In this document: positions 18,659 to 29,507 of the stretch, piece by piece
Layout of the letters: every line of letters begins with the position of its first letter
Position numbering within the stretch: position 1 is the stretch's first letter
NCBI GenBank assembly: GCA_035063585.1
Contig: JAPSGB010000004.1
Location: 64,001-128,000 of the forward strand
Direction of reading: 5' to 3'
Origin: Polyangiaceae bacterium
GTDB lineage: Bacteria; Myxococcota_A; Polyangia; Polyangiales; Polyangiaceae
DNA length: 64,000 nt
The notes under the pieces: model-generated
What the model was told of the DNA's origin: nothing
Databases searched by the model: none
Seen by the model: only the letters and a program-made list of their open reading frames with translations
Position numbers and translations under genes: made by a program

Positions 18659-20056
18659 ATGACGGAGCCGTGGGAAGAGCCAGAGTATCATCGGAGCGGC
18701 TCGGCGCTCGTGTTTCCGCGCGACGAGGGCTGGCATCGCCTGATCCCGCGCGTGCCGGGCAACATAGCCAACCCCTCGCTCAGCGAGATGGAATGGGTGT
18801 ACGTGAACGCGCACGTCGTGGAGCAAGGCGGCGCCGGGCGGCGGTTCGTGGTCTTCGCCGCATGGTTCACCCAGTACCTGCGCTTCCTCGTGGTGCGGGC
18901 CTGGGATAGCGGTGACCGCTACCTCGGGGCCTGGACCGGGACCGCCTGGGGCATGCTGCGCGCGTCGCCGGAGCAGCTCGATCTCGAGTTCTCCCACGGC
19001 GGCGGCACCGACACCTGGAAGACGATTGCTCCGTTCTCTACCCGGCTCCACGCGGTCGATGACGCGAAAGAGTTCACCGTCGATCTCGACTTGAAAAATA
19101 CCAAGCGGCCCTACGAGGCCGGAGGCACCGGATACTTGCCGTTCGGCAAGCACGGCTCGTTCTACTACTACTCGCTCACTCGACTCGCGGTCACCGGAAC
19201 GCTCGAGCTCTCGAAGCCGGGCGGCGGGACCGAGAGCGTCTCGGTGAAGGGGTTCGGCTGGTACGACCACCAGTGGGGGCCCTTCTTCGTGACCCCGTTC
19301 CGTACCAAGAGCCTCGAAGAGTACGAGTGGATGAGCGTCCAGCTCGATTCGGGCGACGAGCTCCTCCTCACCACGGTGTGGGATCCCGGAGGCATCACGC
19401 CGAGCCTCGCCGCTTACGGAGGCGCGGGGCTCATCCGAAAGAACAACACCTTCGACAAGCTCATCGGCGCGCATCGCTGGAAGCGCACCAAGTTCTGGCG
19501 CTCACCCGACCAACACCAAGTCTACGCAGCCGGCTGGACGTTCGATGCGCCCGAGTGGAACACCTCGCTGGTCATGACGCCGCGCTACCCCGATCAGCTC
19601 ACGCCAATCCTCGACAAGCCCCCCGCGAATCTGGTCGGCAGCGTCACGCGGCTCTTCGAGGGGTGGACGAACTGGCTCGGCAGCTTCTGGGAAGGGAGCT
19701 GCGCGGTGACCGGCACTTTCGACGGCGCGCCGGTCACCGGCGTCGCCTTCGCCGAGCTGGTCAAGCGCTATGAAGACCCGGAATTCCGAGTGGAGATCAT
19801 CAAGAACGAGGCGGAGCTCACCGTGCTCGAGTGGAAGGTGAGAAATCCCGACGATCAGGTGCGACTGAAGTCGCGCTTCTTCCTCGAGCGGTTCGACGGC
19901 ACTCCTCTCGTCGACCAGCCGGATCTCGATGTGCCGGTGATGATCCTCGACGACCCGGCGCTCCCCAAAGGTCAGCCGCTGGTCGCGCGCGTGGTGGTCA
20001 CCTCTCTCGACGGCTCGCTCAGCGGGACCGGCACGACGGTAGTGACCCTCCGCTGA
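18659..20056 (+). CDS. CrtC/AttH lipocalin-like protein (carotenoid 1,2-hydratase family)
   Basis: FPRDEGWH, EWVYVN, YYYSLTRL, GWYDHQWG, YEWMSVQL, FWRSP, DQL, FWEGSC, G.AFAEL. Confidence 0.75.
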   Translation: MTEPWEEPEYHRSGSALVFPRDEGWHRLIPRVPGNIANPSLSEMEWVYVNAHVVEQGGAGRRFVVFAAWFTQYLRFLVVRAWDSGDRYLGAWTGTAWGMLRASPEQLDLEFSHGGGTDTWKTIAPFSTRLHAVDDAKEFTVDLDLKNTKRPYEAGGTGYLPFGKHGSFYYYSLTRLAVTGTLELSKPGGGTESVSVKGFGWYDHQWGPFFVTPFRTKSLEEYEWMSVQLDSGDELLLTTVWDPGGITPSLAAYGGAGLIRKNNTFDKLIGAHRWKRTKFWRSPDQHQVYAAGWTFDAPEWNTSLVMTPRYPDQLTPILDKPPANLVGSVTRLFEGWTNWLGSFWEGSCAVTGTFDGAPVTGVAFAELVKRYEDPEFRVEIIKNEAELTVLEWKVRNPDDQVRLKSRFFLERFDGTPLVDQPDLDVPVMILDDPALPKGQPLVARVVVTSLDGSLSGTGTTVVTLR

Positions 20057-20063
20057 CCGGCGC

Positions 20064-20888
20064 TCAGCCAAGGCTCGCGAGCCCGGCGAGCCCGCCCATG
20101 GTGGCGACCCACGCGAGCGTGGCGAGCCAGACGATCCCGAGCGTGAGCCGCACGCGGTTCCAGTAGCGAGGGATGTCGTCGCCAGGAGGGAGCAGCGCGG
20201 CCACCAGCACGCCGATGCCGAGGAAGCGGTGCAGCACGCCGATCGCGTAGAGAGCGGCGAGCACCATGGCGACGCGTGAGGCGAGGAGGCAGCGACGCGC
20301 GCCGAGCGTCACCCCGGTCGTCACGATCCCAGCCGCACGATCCTCGTCGCTGTCGCGCGCGACCTGTATGAGCTCGAAGGCCGCCGAGAAGAGCGCCAGC
20401 TCTCCGAGGAGCCAGAGCCCGGTCGAATTACCGAGTGGCACGCCGGCGAGCGGCATGGTCGCCCCCCAGAGCGCCATCGCGAGGACGTCGAAGTACGCGG
20501 TGCGCTTCAGCTTCGCCGAGTAGAGCCAGCAGAGGCCCGCGCCGCCGACGAGCGCGAAGAGCAGCCCGAGGTCGTGGACGAGCGCGATGGCGGCGAGCAT
20601 CACGGCGAGCCCGAGCTGCGCGCCGAGCGCGGCCGGCCGGTGCTCGGCAAGGAAGCGCGTCTTCTTCTGGTCGCGACCCCCGGCGAGATCACGCTCGACG
20701 TCGTAGTAGTCGTTGGTGAGATAAGCGAGCAGGTTGAGGAGCAACGCGAACGCCGAGCGAACGCCGACCTCTACCCAGGGCAGCCGGAGCGCGAGCATGA
20801 TCGCCACCGCGGCGATCAGGTTCGCCATCTCCAGCCTGCGAAGCCGGTAGACGAGGACGTCCGTCAGGATCTTGAGGGCGGCGAACAT
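20064..20888 (-). CDS. UbiA-family prenyltransferase
   Basis: Multi-TM; NDYYDVERD Asp-rich motif, YS..LK, second motif RDSDEDRAAGIVT. Confidence 0.85.
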   Translation of the reverse strand: MFAALKILTDVLVYRLRRLEMANLIAAVAIMLALRLPWVEVGVRSAFALLLNLLAYLTNDYYDVERDLAGGRDQKKTRFLAEHRPAALGAQLGLAVMLAAIALVHDLGLLFALVGGAGLCWLYSAKLKRTAYFDVLAMALWGATMPLAGVPLGNSTGLWLLGELALFSAAFELIQVARDSDEDRAAGIVTTGVTLGARRCLLASRVAMVLAALYAIGVLHRFLGIGVLVAALLPPGDDIPRYWNRVRLTLGIVWLATLAWVATMGGLAGLASLG

Positions 20889-20959
20889 TCGGCGATGAAG
20901 CCCGTCGAGCCGGAGGCACGTCGCCCGGCGCCGCTCGAGGCTAGCATCATCTCAGCGGC

Positions 20960-22384
20960 TCAGGCGCTCGCGACCACGGGCGGGACCCGCTCGATCCAGG
21001 GGCGCGACGCCTCGAGCTCCGCCGCCAGGCGAAATAGGGTCGCCTCCTCGCCGTAGCGCGCGGCAAAGTGCGCTCCGACGGGCAGCCCCGCGGCGTTCCA
21101 GTAGAGAGGGACGCTCATCGCCGGGTCGCCGGTGACGTTCTGGATCGGCGTGAAGGGCGAGAAGGCGCCCGAACGCAGGAGCGGAGCGAGCGGTGAGTCC
21201 GGTGGTGCGTCGAAGCTGCCGAGGGGCGGCGGCGGTTCAGCCAGAGTCGGCGTGAGCCAGACGTCGTAGTCCGCCATGAAGCGCGCGACCTCACGAGCGA
21301 TGCGCTGAAGAAATGTAGTCGACATGAGATACGCCGCGGCCGAGTGCTTTCGGCCGAGCTCGGCCAGGGCGAAGCTGAGCGGTTCCACGTTGTCCCGGGT
21401 GGCGGCCACGCCGCCGAGCATCCCGAGCCCGTCGAGGGTCGCGGTCGCCCCGGCCGCCCACGGCACCATGAACGCCTGCATCAACAGATCACCGGAGATG
21501 GGCGGCTCGCGCTCCTCGACGTGATGACCGAGCGACTCGCAGAGCCGCGCCGCGTCGCGGGCGGCCGCCACGCAGTCCTCGTGCACCGGCACGCCGGTCG
21601 CGGCGCGGGTGGAGAGCGCGATGCGGAGCCTACCCGGCGCAGTGCGCGCCTCCTCGACGTATGGGCGGACCGGCCGAGGCGCGAAATAGGGGTCGCCCGG
21701 CATCGGGCCCTCGGTCACATCGAGGATCGCGGCGCTGTCGCGCACCGAGAGCGTGACGGCGTGCTCGACCACGAAGCCGCCCATCACGTCTCCGAGATCC
21801 GGTCCGAGCGTGATCCGACCGCGAGTCGGCTTGAGGCCGAAGAGCCCACAGCAAGAGGCCGGGATCCGGATCGAGCCGCCGCCGTCGTTGGCGTGGGCGG
21901 CAGGCACGATGCGAGCCGCGACCGCCGCGGATGAGCCACCGCTCGAGCCGCCCACCGAGTGGCCCAGGTTCCACGGGTTCTTGGTCGCCCCGAAGAGCAC
22001 GGGCTCGGTGGTCGGCAGGAACCCGAATTCCGGCGTGTTGGTCTTGCCGACGAAGATGAAACCCGCGCGCCGGAGCCGCCGCACGAGCTCGCTGTCGTGA
22101 TCGGGGACGTAATCCTTCAGCATGCGCGACCCGCTGGTCATCGGGACCCCCGCGCACGCGGCGAGGATGTCCTTCACGAGGTAAGGGACGCCGCGAAACG
22201 GCCCGTCCGGTATCGCGCCGCGCGCGGCGTCGCGCGCCTGCTCGAAGAGCGGGAGGATCACCGCGTTGAGCGCGGGGTTCACCTGTTCGATCCGGCGGAT
22301 GGCGTCGTCGACGAGCTCGAGGGGCGAGGCCTGCTTCGTCTTCACCAGCTCGGCGAGAGCGGTCGCGTCATGATAATCGGGCAT
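20960..22384 (-). CDS. Amidase-signature family enzyme
   Basis: [35 protein letters not shown]. Confidence 0.92.
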   Translation of the reverse strand: MPDYHDATALAELVKTKQASPLELVDDAIRRIEQVNPALNAVILPLFEQARDAARGAIPDGPFRGVPYLVKDILAACAGVPMTSGSRMLKDYVPDHDSELVRRLRRAGFIFVGKTNTPEFGFLPTTEPVLFGATKNPWNLGHSVGGSSGGSSAAVAARIVPAAHANDGGGSIRIPASCCGLFGLKPTRGRITLGPDLGDVMGGFVVEHAVTLSVRDSAAILDVTEGPMPGDPYFAPRPVRPYVEEARTAPGRLRIALSTRAATGVPVHEDCVAAARDAARLCESLGHHVEEREPPISGDLLMQAFMVPWAAGATATLDGLGMLGGVAATRDNVEPLSFALAELGRKHSAAAYLMSTTFLQRIAREVARFMADYDVWLTPTLAEPPPPLGSFDAPPDSPLAPLLRSGAFSPFTPIQNVTGDPAMSVPLYWNAAGLPVGAHFAARYGEEATLFRLAAELEASRPWIERVPPVVASA

Positions 22385-22507
22385 GCAGGGTAGTCTCACG
22401 CCGCCGCGCCTCGCTTGGGAAGCGGAAACGCGCCGCCGGCCGCGCCGGACCGCCATCCCCTCACGGCGCTTGCCTCGTGGCAGAGGCCAAAGGAGAGTCG
22501 AGCGCCG

Positions 22508-24010
22508 GTGTCCCCGCTAGCCTCACGCCTGCTGCGCACGCGCTCGCTCGACGCGCTGGTGGACGAGGCGAGCCAGAGCGAGCACGCGCTCCGGCGCACG
22601 CTCGGCCCGTGGAACGTGATCGCGCTCGGGATCGGCGCGATCATCGGCGCAGGCATCTTCGCCACCATCGGGACGGCCGCTGCCGGCGACGCAGAGCGGC
22701 CGGGCGCGGGCCCGGCGCTGCTCGTGTCATTCCTGCTCACCGCGCTCGTGTGCGGCTTCACCGCGCTCTGCTACGCGGAGCTCGCCAGCATGGTGCCGAC
22801 CGCCGGCTCGGCGTACACCTACGCATACACCACGCTCGGCGAGCTCATCGCGTGGATCATCGGGTGGGATCTCATCCTCGAGTACGCGATCGGCAACGTA
22901 GCCGTCGCGATCTCGTGGGCGAATTACATGAACACGCTGCTCGATGGGCTCGGCCTGTCGCTCCCGACCTGGCTCACCGTCGATTACCGGACGGCCGCGC
23001 AGAAGATGCCGGAGGTCATCGCCGGCGCGCCCGACCTCTTTGGCGTGCCGATCGTCTTCAACGTGCTGGCGCTCGGCATCGTGTTCGCGCTCACCTTGGT
23101 GCTCGTGGTCGGAGTGCGCGAGAGCGCGCGTTTCAACCTCGCGATGGTGCTCGTGAAGCTCATCGTGCTCGGGTTCTTCGTGGTGGTCGGCGCGACCTAC
23201 GTGAAGCCGGACAACTTCCGCCCCTTCGCGCCCAACGGGCTCGCCGGGATCGGCGCGGGCGCGGCCGTGGTGTTCTTTGCCTACATCGGCTTCGACGCGG
23301 TCAGCACCACCGCCGAAGAGGTGAAGAACCCGCGCCGCAACCTGCCCATCGGCATCATCGGCTCGCTCGTGGTGTGCACGCTCATCTACCTGGTGGTGGC
23401 GGCCGTGTTCACCGGGATCATCCCCTACCGCGCGCTCACCGAGCTCTCCGCGAGCCAGCAGGCCGAGCCGCTCACCATGGCGATGAAGTACGCGAGCATG
23501 CCGAGTTGGATGGTGGGACTGGTCGCGTTCGGCTCGGTTGTCGCGCACACCGCCGTGCTGCTCGTGTTCCAGCTCGGACAGCCGCGGATCTTGTTCGCCA
23601 TGAGCCGGGATGGCCTGCTCCCACGGGCCATGGCGCGCGTGCATCCGCGCTACCGCACCCCGCACGTGGCGACCATCGTCACCGGGCTCCTGGTCGGCGG
23701 GGTAGCCGCGGTCGCCAACATCGACGAGATGGTGGATCTCACCAACATCGGCACGCTCTCCGCGTTCATTCTCGTGTGCATCGGCGTCACGGTGCTCCGC
23801 CTCCGCGAACCGGAGCGCGAGCGCGCGTTCCGGGTGCCCTTCGGCCCTTGGCTCGTGCCCGGGCTCGGGGTGCTCTCTTCGGGGTTTCTCATCGTGTATC
23901 TCCCGCCGACCTCATGGGCGCGCTTCTTCGCCTGGCTCGCGGCCGGGATCGTGCTCTACGCCGCCTACGGCTATCGTCACTCGCGGCTCGGGAGCGTGAC
24001 GCGCCAATAA
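22508..24010 (+). CDS. APC-family amino acid permease
   Basis: [51 protein letters not shown]; start approximate. Confidence 0.9.
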   Translation: MSPLASRLLRTRSLDALVDEASQSEHALRRTLGPWNVIALGIGAIIGAGIFATIGTAAAGDAERPGAGPALLVSFLLTALVCGFTALCYAELASMVPTAGSAYTYAYTTLGELIAWIIGWDLILEYAIGNVAVAISWANYMNTLLDGLGLSLPTWLTVDYRTAAQKMPEVIAGAPDLFGVPIVFNVLALGIVFALTLVLVVGVRESARFNLAMVLVKLIVLGFFVVVGATYVKPDNFRPFAPNGLAGIGAGAAVVFFAYIGFDAVSTTAEEVKNPRRNLPIGIIGSLVVCTLIYLVVAAVFTGIIPYRALTELSASQQAEPLTMAMKYASMPSWMVGLVAFGSVVAHTAVLLVFQLGQPRILFAMSRDGLLPRAMARVHPRYRTPHVATIVTGLLVGGVAAVANIDEMVDLTNIGTLSAFILVCIGVTVLRLREPERERAFRVPFGPWLVPGLGVLSSGFLIVYLPPTSWARFFAWLAAGIVLYAAYGYRHSRLGSVTRQ

Positions 24011-24104
24011 TCCCCATGGAAATGGCGTGGCCGCTCCGCCGTAGGGCGGCGGGACCGAGCGCTGCCCTTGACCGCTCCGCGGAGGCCGAGCAGCATCCGG
24101 GGCC

Positions 24105-25718
24105 GTGGCAAAGCGCAAGGTCTTGATTCTGGGTGGCGGGCTCTCGGCGCTCTCGACGGGGATTCACCTGCTCCAAGAGGGGGGAGCCGCGAAGTTCGAC
24201 GTGACGGTGCTCACCATGGAGCACCGCTTGGGCGGCAAAGCGGCGAGCTGGCGACTACCCGACGGTCGCTACATGGAAATCGGATTCCACGCGGTGTTCG
24301 GCTACTACAAGGCGCTCCAGACGCTGCTCGCGCGCGGCGGACACCCGGTGACCGATCCACGGTACTTCACCGACAACGAGGGCGTTCACCTCATGTACGA
24401 GGCGAGCGCGCGCGCGGTAAACCGCCTCGATATCCCGCAAGGGCCGCTCGACGTCGCGGCGTTCTTCCACAACGGGTTCATCGGCTATCGAGGCATGAGC
24501 TTCACGGAGAAGCTGGAGGCGGCCCGATGGTTCGCCACTACCGGGGTGCGGCTCCTCACCCAAAAGGTCGACGAGGCGCTCGACGAGCACGCCTTCACCG
24601 CGTATGCGGTCAGCACGGGGCTCGCGCTCGGGCTCACCCAGAAGAGCTGGTTCCGCTATGTGCTCGATCTTGCCTTCAACTTCCCGAACGAGGGCTCGGC
24701 CTACGTCGGCATGTACGGGTTTCAGCGCCTCATGGGCGTCGACAGCAGCACGGTCCACTACGTAAATGGTCCGCTGAGCGAGGTCATCGTCGCGCCGATC
24801 GCCAAGCTCTTCGTCGATCTCGGCGGCAAGATCGAGTTCTGCACCAAGGCCACCCGCATCGAGCTCGACGCGGCCGCGCGAACGGTGAAGAAGCTCTTCA
24901 CGCAGGCCACCGCGACGCCGGTTCCCATCCCCGGGGTCGTGGATCACGTCGAGGCGTCTCCCATCGGTGGCAGCTACTCGCTCGCGGACGCTCCTTATCC
25001 GACCGGGGACCCCGCGCCCGCGGTGGGCGCGCCCGAGGTGGAGCGCAGCCTGGGCGTGGATTTCGACGAGCTCGTCTGCACGCTCCCGGTGGACAGCACG
25101 CGCGCGCTGCTCACCACCACCTCGAATCCGCGCGAGGCCGTCCTCGAGGTACCCGAGCTCCGCCGGATCTGGGGGCTCCGCAGCGTCGCGTCGCTCTCGC
25201 TGCGCGTCTGGCTCCCCCAGAAATGTATGCCGTCGGACTACACCACGGTAGTGATGGGCACGCCGCAGCCCGCGGCGACCATCATCGATTATACGAACCG
25301 TGTGAGCGAGCTCACCACCAGCACGTGGGGCTCGGTGGTCGAGTTCGAAGGTCAGGAAGGGCTCCACGCGGGCCTCGACGACGCCGTGATCGTCCGCGAG
25401 CTGCTCGAGAGCTTCGTCGCCCTGCCGTTCGTGGACAGGACCAAGGTCGACATCGCCCACGTCATGGCAAACTCGAACGGCTGCCACCACGATTTCAGGC
25501 GCAACACCGCCCATCACCTCCGCTATCTCCTGATGGAGCCGGGGCACTGGAGACACCGCCCCTCGCAGTCCGACACCGGCTATCGGAACCTCGTCTTCGC
25601 AGGCGACTGGATGCAGGGCACCCAGCCCACCGCGAGCATGGAAGCCGCGGTCCGCACGGGCCGCGTGGCGGCCGATCTCTTGCGTGATCGCGAGGGGCTG
25701 CCGGCCGCGATCGAGTGA
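24105..25718 (+). CDS. FAD-dependent oxidoreductase, carotene desaturase/HpnE-like
   Basis: ILGGGLSAL, LGGKAASW...EIGFHAVFGYY, NLVFAGDW...ASMEAAVRTG. Confidence 0.75.
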   Translation: MAKRKVLILGGGLSALSTGIHLLQEGGAAKFDVTVLTMEHRLGGKAASWRLPDGRYMEIGFHAVFGYYKALQTLLARGGHPVTDPRYFTDNEGVHLMYEASARAVNRLDIPQGPLDVAAFFHNGFIGYRGMSFTEKLEAARWFATTGVRLLTQKVDEALDEHAFTAYAVSTGLALGLTQKSWFRYVLDLAFNFPNEGSAYVGMYGFQRLMGVDSSTVHYVNGPLSEVIVAPIAKLFVDLGGKIEFCTKATRIELDAAARTVKKLFTQATATPVPIPGVVDHVEASPIGGSYSLADAPYPTGDPAPAVGAPEVERSLGVDFDELVCTLPVDSTRALLTTTSNPREAVLEVPELRRIWGLRSVASLSLRVWLPQKCMPSDYTTVVMGTPQPAATIIDYTNRVSELTTSTWGSVVEFEGQEGLHAGLDDAVIVRELLESFVALPFVDRTKVDIAHVMANSNGCHHDFRRNTAHHLRYLLMEPGHWRHRPSQSDTGYRNLVFAGDWMQGTQPTASMEAAVRTGRVAADLLRDREGLPAAIE

Positions 25719-25805
25719 GCGCACCGCCCCCCTGGGCGCTCGAGGACGTACCCGCCGACTCGGTTCTCGTGGTCGGCCCGGCGCGGAACCACCCGGTGCG
25801 GTCGC

Positions 25806-26363
25806 TCAGCGCGAGACCCAGCTCACCCGGAAACGCCACCGGCGCGACGAGAGCTGCTGGTAGGTCGTCTTGAACGGGGTGCGGCCGAGCATGGCGATGA
25901 TGGTGTCGGCCCAGCCGGCCATGAGCTCGATGAGGCCATCGGGCAGATCCGGGTCGTCGAGCTCGCCGATGAGGTGGTCCTCCGCCTCCTCGACTACGAA
26001 GAACTGACCGATGGTGCTCTGCCGCGACCACACGCTCGACGCACGATTGAACACCATGGCAGGCGTCGCGAACTTGAGGAACATCCGGTACACGAGGTGC
26101 ACCTGATAGCGAGCCGCCATCCCGCCGAGCTCACGGAGTTCGTTGGTATCCCCGTTGGTCGCTTGCTTGAAGGCTCGGAGGAGCTCATGCATGTGCACGC
26201 GCGGGTACCAGTTGTTGGCGAAGATCGGCTCCGAGAAGAACTGCCGAGACGCCGGCGACAGCTTCGCTTCGACGGCGGCCCATAAGGCGCTCCGATCGCG
26301 CTGTAGCGGCGTGACATACGAGAGGTATGACATGCCCTTCACTTGGGCGTTGGCGTCAGGCAC
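25806..26363 (-). CDS. Myxobacterial DUF2378-like protein
   Basis: VKG...L...FFSEP...WYP; similar length and pattern to 1939-2505. Confidence 0.6.
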   Translation of the reverse strand: MPDANAQVKGMSYLSYVTPLQRDRSALWAAVEAKLSPASRQFFSEPIFANNWYPRVHMHELLRAFKQATNGDTNELRELGGMAARYQVHLVYRMFLKFATPAMVFNRASSVWSRQSTIGQFFVVEEAEDHLIGELDDPDLPDGLIELMAGWADTIIAMLGRTPFKTTYQQLSSRRWRFRVSWVSR

Positions 26364-26376
26364 GGCGCACGGGTTC

Positions 26377-27258
26377 TTATTCTACAGGCTCCGCGCCCTT
26401 TTCGGTCCATCTATAGAAGCCGAGCCCAACTTTCTTCCCGAGCCGACCGGCGCGAACCAGCTGACGCAGGATGACGGGCGGGCGGAACTGCTCGCCGACT
26501 TCCCTCTGGAGGTGCTCGAGGATCGCGAGCCGCACGTCCAGGCCGACCAGGTCGGTGAGCTTGAGCGGCCCCATCGGGTGGCGGTATCCGAGCTCCATGG
26601 CCCGATCGATGTCGCTGGCGGAGGCGACCCCCGCCTCGAGCATCCGCATCGCCTCCGCTCCCAGCGCGACCCCGAGGCGGCTCGAGGCGAACCCCGGGAC
26701 GTCGCGGACCACGATGGGCTCCTTCCCGATGAGCGCGGCGAACGCGAGCGCGCGAGTCACGCTCTCCTCGCTCGTCCCGAGCCCCCTCACGATCTCGAGC
26801 AGGGGCATCACCGGGGGCGGGTTGAAGAAGTGCAATCCGATGGTGCGGCCGGGCGCTCCGATGCGGTGGCCGAGCTCCGTGAGCGACAGGCTCGAGGTGT
26901 TCGACGCGAGGAGCGCCTGCTCGGGAGCGTGCGCGAGCACCGTCTGGAAGAGCTCGACCTTGACGCTCATGGATTCTGGCGCCGCCTCGATGACGAGCTC
27001 GGCGCCGGACACGGCCCGCGCGAGGTCTGGTTCGTCGGTGATGCGCGCGAGGAGGGCGTCGCGCTCCGGCGCGGCGAGCTTGCCCTTGGCGACCCGCTTC
27101 TCGAGCTCGGCGCCCACTGCGACGCGCGCCGCCCGGAGCTGGGGCTCGGACACGTCGAAGAGCCGCGCGGCGAGCCCGTGTGCTGCGGCGACCTGCGCGA
27201 TACCGCGCCCCATCGTGCCGGCGCCGAGGACCGCGACCGTCTTCACCTCACCCGTCAT
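26377..27258 (-). CDS. 3-hydroxyacyl(butyryl)-CoA dehydrogenase
   Basis: VLGAGTMGRGIA, IEAAPE, ASNTSSL, GLHFFNP, PMGPLKLTDLVGLD, GKKVGLGFY. Confidence 0.92.
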   Translation of the reverse strand: MTGEVKTVAVLGAGTMGRGIAQVAAAHGLAARLFDVSEPQLRAARVAVGAELEKRVAKGKLAAPERDALLARITDEPDLARAVSGAELVIEAAPESMSVKVELFQTVLAHAPEQALLASNTSSLSLTELGHRIGAPGRTIGLHFFNPPPVMPLLEIVRGLGTSEESVTRALAFAALIGKEPIVVRDVPGFASSRLGVALGAEAMRMLEAGVASASDIDRAMELGYRHPMGPLKLTDLVGLDVRLAILEHLQREVGEQFRPPVILRQLVRAGRLGKKVGLGFYRWTEKGAEPVE

Positions 27259-27301
27259 GGCCAACACCTAGGGTGCCGCTCGCGCCGCGACAAGCGCCGC
27301 G

Positions 27302-28006
27302 TCACCGCTCGGCCGGGGCAAGCGGCTCACCGCAGGTGACGCACTTCCGGGGCGCGTGGTCCTTGTGATAGATTTGCGCGCAGTTTGGGCAGAGGCGAGC
27401 GTCCCGCTCGAGCGTGATGAGCTCCCCGCTGGCGGCGCACTCGCGACCGGCGACCTGGTAGTCGTCGATCGTCCGCACCTCGCCGTCCGTCGCGGCCGGC
27501 TTGGGTAGCCCCTCGACGACGCTCGTCTTCACGTCCATCGCGCGCGGGATACGCCGGGCGCCCTCAGAGAGGATCCAGGCCGCTGCGACCGGGTGCATGC
27601 GGAGCGGGACGGCCAGCGTCACGCCACTCGTGCCCTTGGCGACGAGCTGTCCCTGGTCGACGCCGATACGTTCGATGTCGCACCACGCGAGTCGGACGAT
27701 CTGGTCGCCCTTGTCCACCGCGAGCCCCACGTCACCGACTCGCACCGGGTGGGCCCCTGCGTCCCCGAACCAGAGCGCGACGCCGAGCCCGATCACGCCG
27801 GCGGTGACGATCCACCGCGCGTAAGAGTGCGGCGCGTCGCTCAGCCACTGATCATAGACTCCCGCGCCGAGCACCAGCGCCCCGAGCATACCGCCCCCCA
27901 CCGCGAGCACCGACGTCTGGGTCTGCTTCGGCAGGAAGCGGCGCTCCTTCCGCTCGAGCGGCGCCTTCTTCTTGCCCTTCTTCTTGCTCTTGGCGGGTTC
28001 GGCCAT
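27302..28006 (-). CDS. Membrane protein with C-terminal Zn-binding (RING/C1-like) motif
   Basis: Lys-rich N-terminus, 2 TM helices, C...CPNC...YHKDH...CVTC. Confidence 0.65.
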   Translation of the reverse strand: MAEPAKSKKKGKKKAPLERKERRFLPKQTQTSVLAVGGGMLGALVLGAGVYDQWLSDAPHSYARWIVTAGVIGLGVALWFGDAGAHPVRVGDVGLAVDKGDQIVRLAWCDIERIGVDQGQLVAKGTSGVTLAVPLRMHPVAAAWILSEGARRIPRAMDVKTSVVEGLPKPAATDGEVRTIDDYQVAGRECAASGELITLERDARLCPNCAQIYHKDHAPRKCVTCGEPLAPAER

Positions 28007-28099
28007 GGGTTCGAGGGAGGGGAGCCTAGACCAAGCCGCAGGAATCGGCTACGCCCCCCTTGGGCCACGCCGCTTCGGCCAGAACGGCGGCATCGAGCC

Positions 28100-29446
28100 A
28101 TGAAGCCGTCGTTCTGGGACAAGCTCGGCGCTGCGCTCCTCCTCGCCTTGCCGGTCGTCACCGTGGCGGTGGTCGGCTACGCCGTGTTCGTGGCGGGGGC
28201 GACGCGCGCGGTGGTGGCCGCGCGCGTCTACGGCGGACCCACCGAAGGCGTGGAGGCGCTGAGCCTCCGCCTCGAGGTCGTGGAGGCTGGCGGCGGCCTC
28301 CTCGCGCGGGCGCCGCTCGAAGAGGTATCGGTGATCGCGCTCGCGGAGGGGCGGCAGGCACGCTGGTCCGGGCGCCTCGACGCGGACGGCATGGCGGCCG
28401 TCGCGCTGGCGCTCCCCTCGCCTTCGCTCGCGCCCATACAGGTCGAGGTGCGCGCGAGTCAGGCGAGCGAGCCGCTCGCGCGCGGGCGCGTCGCGCTCTC
28501 GCGGCGCGACTGGCTCTCCCAACTGCGCGAGCGCGGAGGGTGGCTCGCCGGCCAGCGCAGCGGCGCGCTCTCGATCATGGTCGCGCCCGGCCGCGGCGCC
28601 TTCGCGGTCTCCTTCGAGGATCCGCTGCTCGTCGAGGTACGCGACGCGCGCGGACCCGTGGCGAGCGCCGCGCTCGGCTTCGAGCCCGAGGGCTTGACCC
28701 TCGCGCCACGGCTCGACGTGCACACCGACGCGCAGGGGCGCGCCGTGGTCGGGCTCACACCGAAGGACTTCCACGTCGCGCTTCGCGTCTCCGCCGTCGC
28801 CGCCGATGGCCGTCGCGGCGAGTGGTACGCTTCCGTACCGGTAGTGGCGGGCGCCCTCCACGCGCGGGTGACGGGCGGGCGCGCGCTCGTCTCGTCGGCC
28901 ATCCCTCGCGAGCGCGCCTACTACGCGCTCATCACCGGGCGCGCACGCGTCACGGGTGGCGCGCTGGCGCTCAGCCCGACCGACTCGGGCGGCGCGCGCG
29001 GCGAGCTCGCGCTGCCCGCGCTTCCCCCGGGACCCGCGTGGCTCGAGCTCTCGAGCGAGCCCGGGCTCGAGTCGCTCGGCGCGGTCGGCTGGCCCCTCGA
29101 GGCGAGCTCCGGCGAGCCGCCGCGCTCGCGGCTAGTCCCCGATCGGCTCCTGCTCGACGGGCTCGTCGAGGCGAGCCTGCGCGATCGCGCGCGTCGCCGC
29201 CAGGCGCAGCTGTTCGCGGGGCTCTTCTCGCTCGGCGCGGTCATGCTGCTCGGCGCGGGCCTCACGCTCAGGGCGCTCCGGGCCCGCGCGCGGCTCGACG
29301 CCAGCCTCCGCGGGGCGGGACAGTCCACCCAAGAGGTGGAGCGTGCGATGGCGGGCGGCTTCGGCGCGACGCTCGCAGTCGCGATCCTGTGCGTCGCGCT
29401 CGGGCTCGCGGTGGTGGCGCTCATCGCCATGGTCAGGCTCTCGTGA
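28100..29446 (+). CDS. Hypothetical membrane protein
   Basis: ATG 28100; N-terminal TM, two C-terminal TMs; GC3-rich reading frame. Confidence 0.6.
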   Translation: MKPSFWDKLGAALLLALPVVTVAVVGYAVFVAGATRAVVAARVYGGPTEGVEALSLRLEVVEAGGGLLARAPLEEVSVIALAEGRQARWSGRLDADGMAAVALALPSPSLAPIQVEVRASQASEPLARGRVALSRRDWLSQLRERGGWLAGQRSGALSIMVAPGRGAFAVSFEDPLLVEVRDARGPVASAALGFEPEGLTLAPRLDVHTDAQGRAVVGLTPKDFHVALRVSAVAADGRRGEWYASVPVVAGALHARVTGGRALVSSAIPRERAYYALITGRARVTGGALALSPTDSGGARGELALPALPPGPAWLELSSEPGLESLGAVGWPLEASSGEPPRSRLVPDRLLLDGLVEASLRDRARRRQAQLFAGLFSLGAVMLLGAGLTLRALRARARLDASLRGAGQSTQEVERAMAGGFGATLAVAILCVALGLAVVALIAMVRLS

Positions 29447-29507
29447 CGGCGGTCGGAGCGTGGGGGGCCGTTGCGAAACGCGCCGGCTCGACCTAGCGTG
29501 CCCGGGC

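Noticed and set aside
10598..25718. Complete carotenoid or hopanoid biosynthesis cluster
   Set aside because: No phytoene/squalene synthase, GGPP synthase or cyclase in the window
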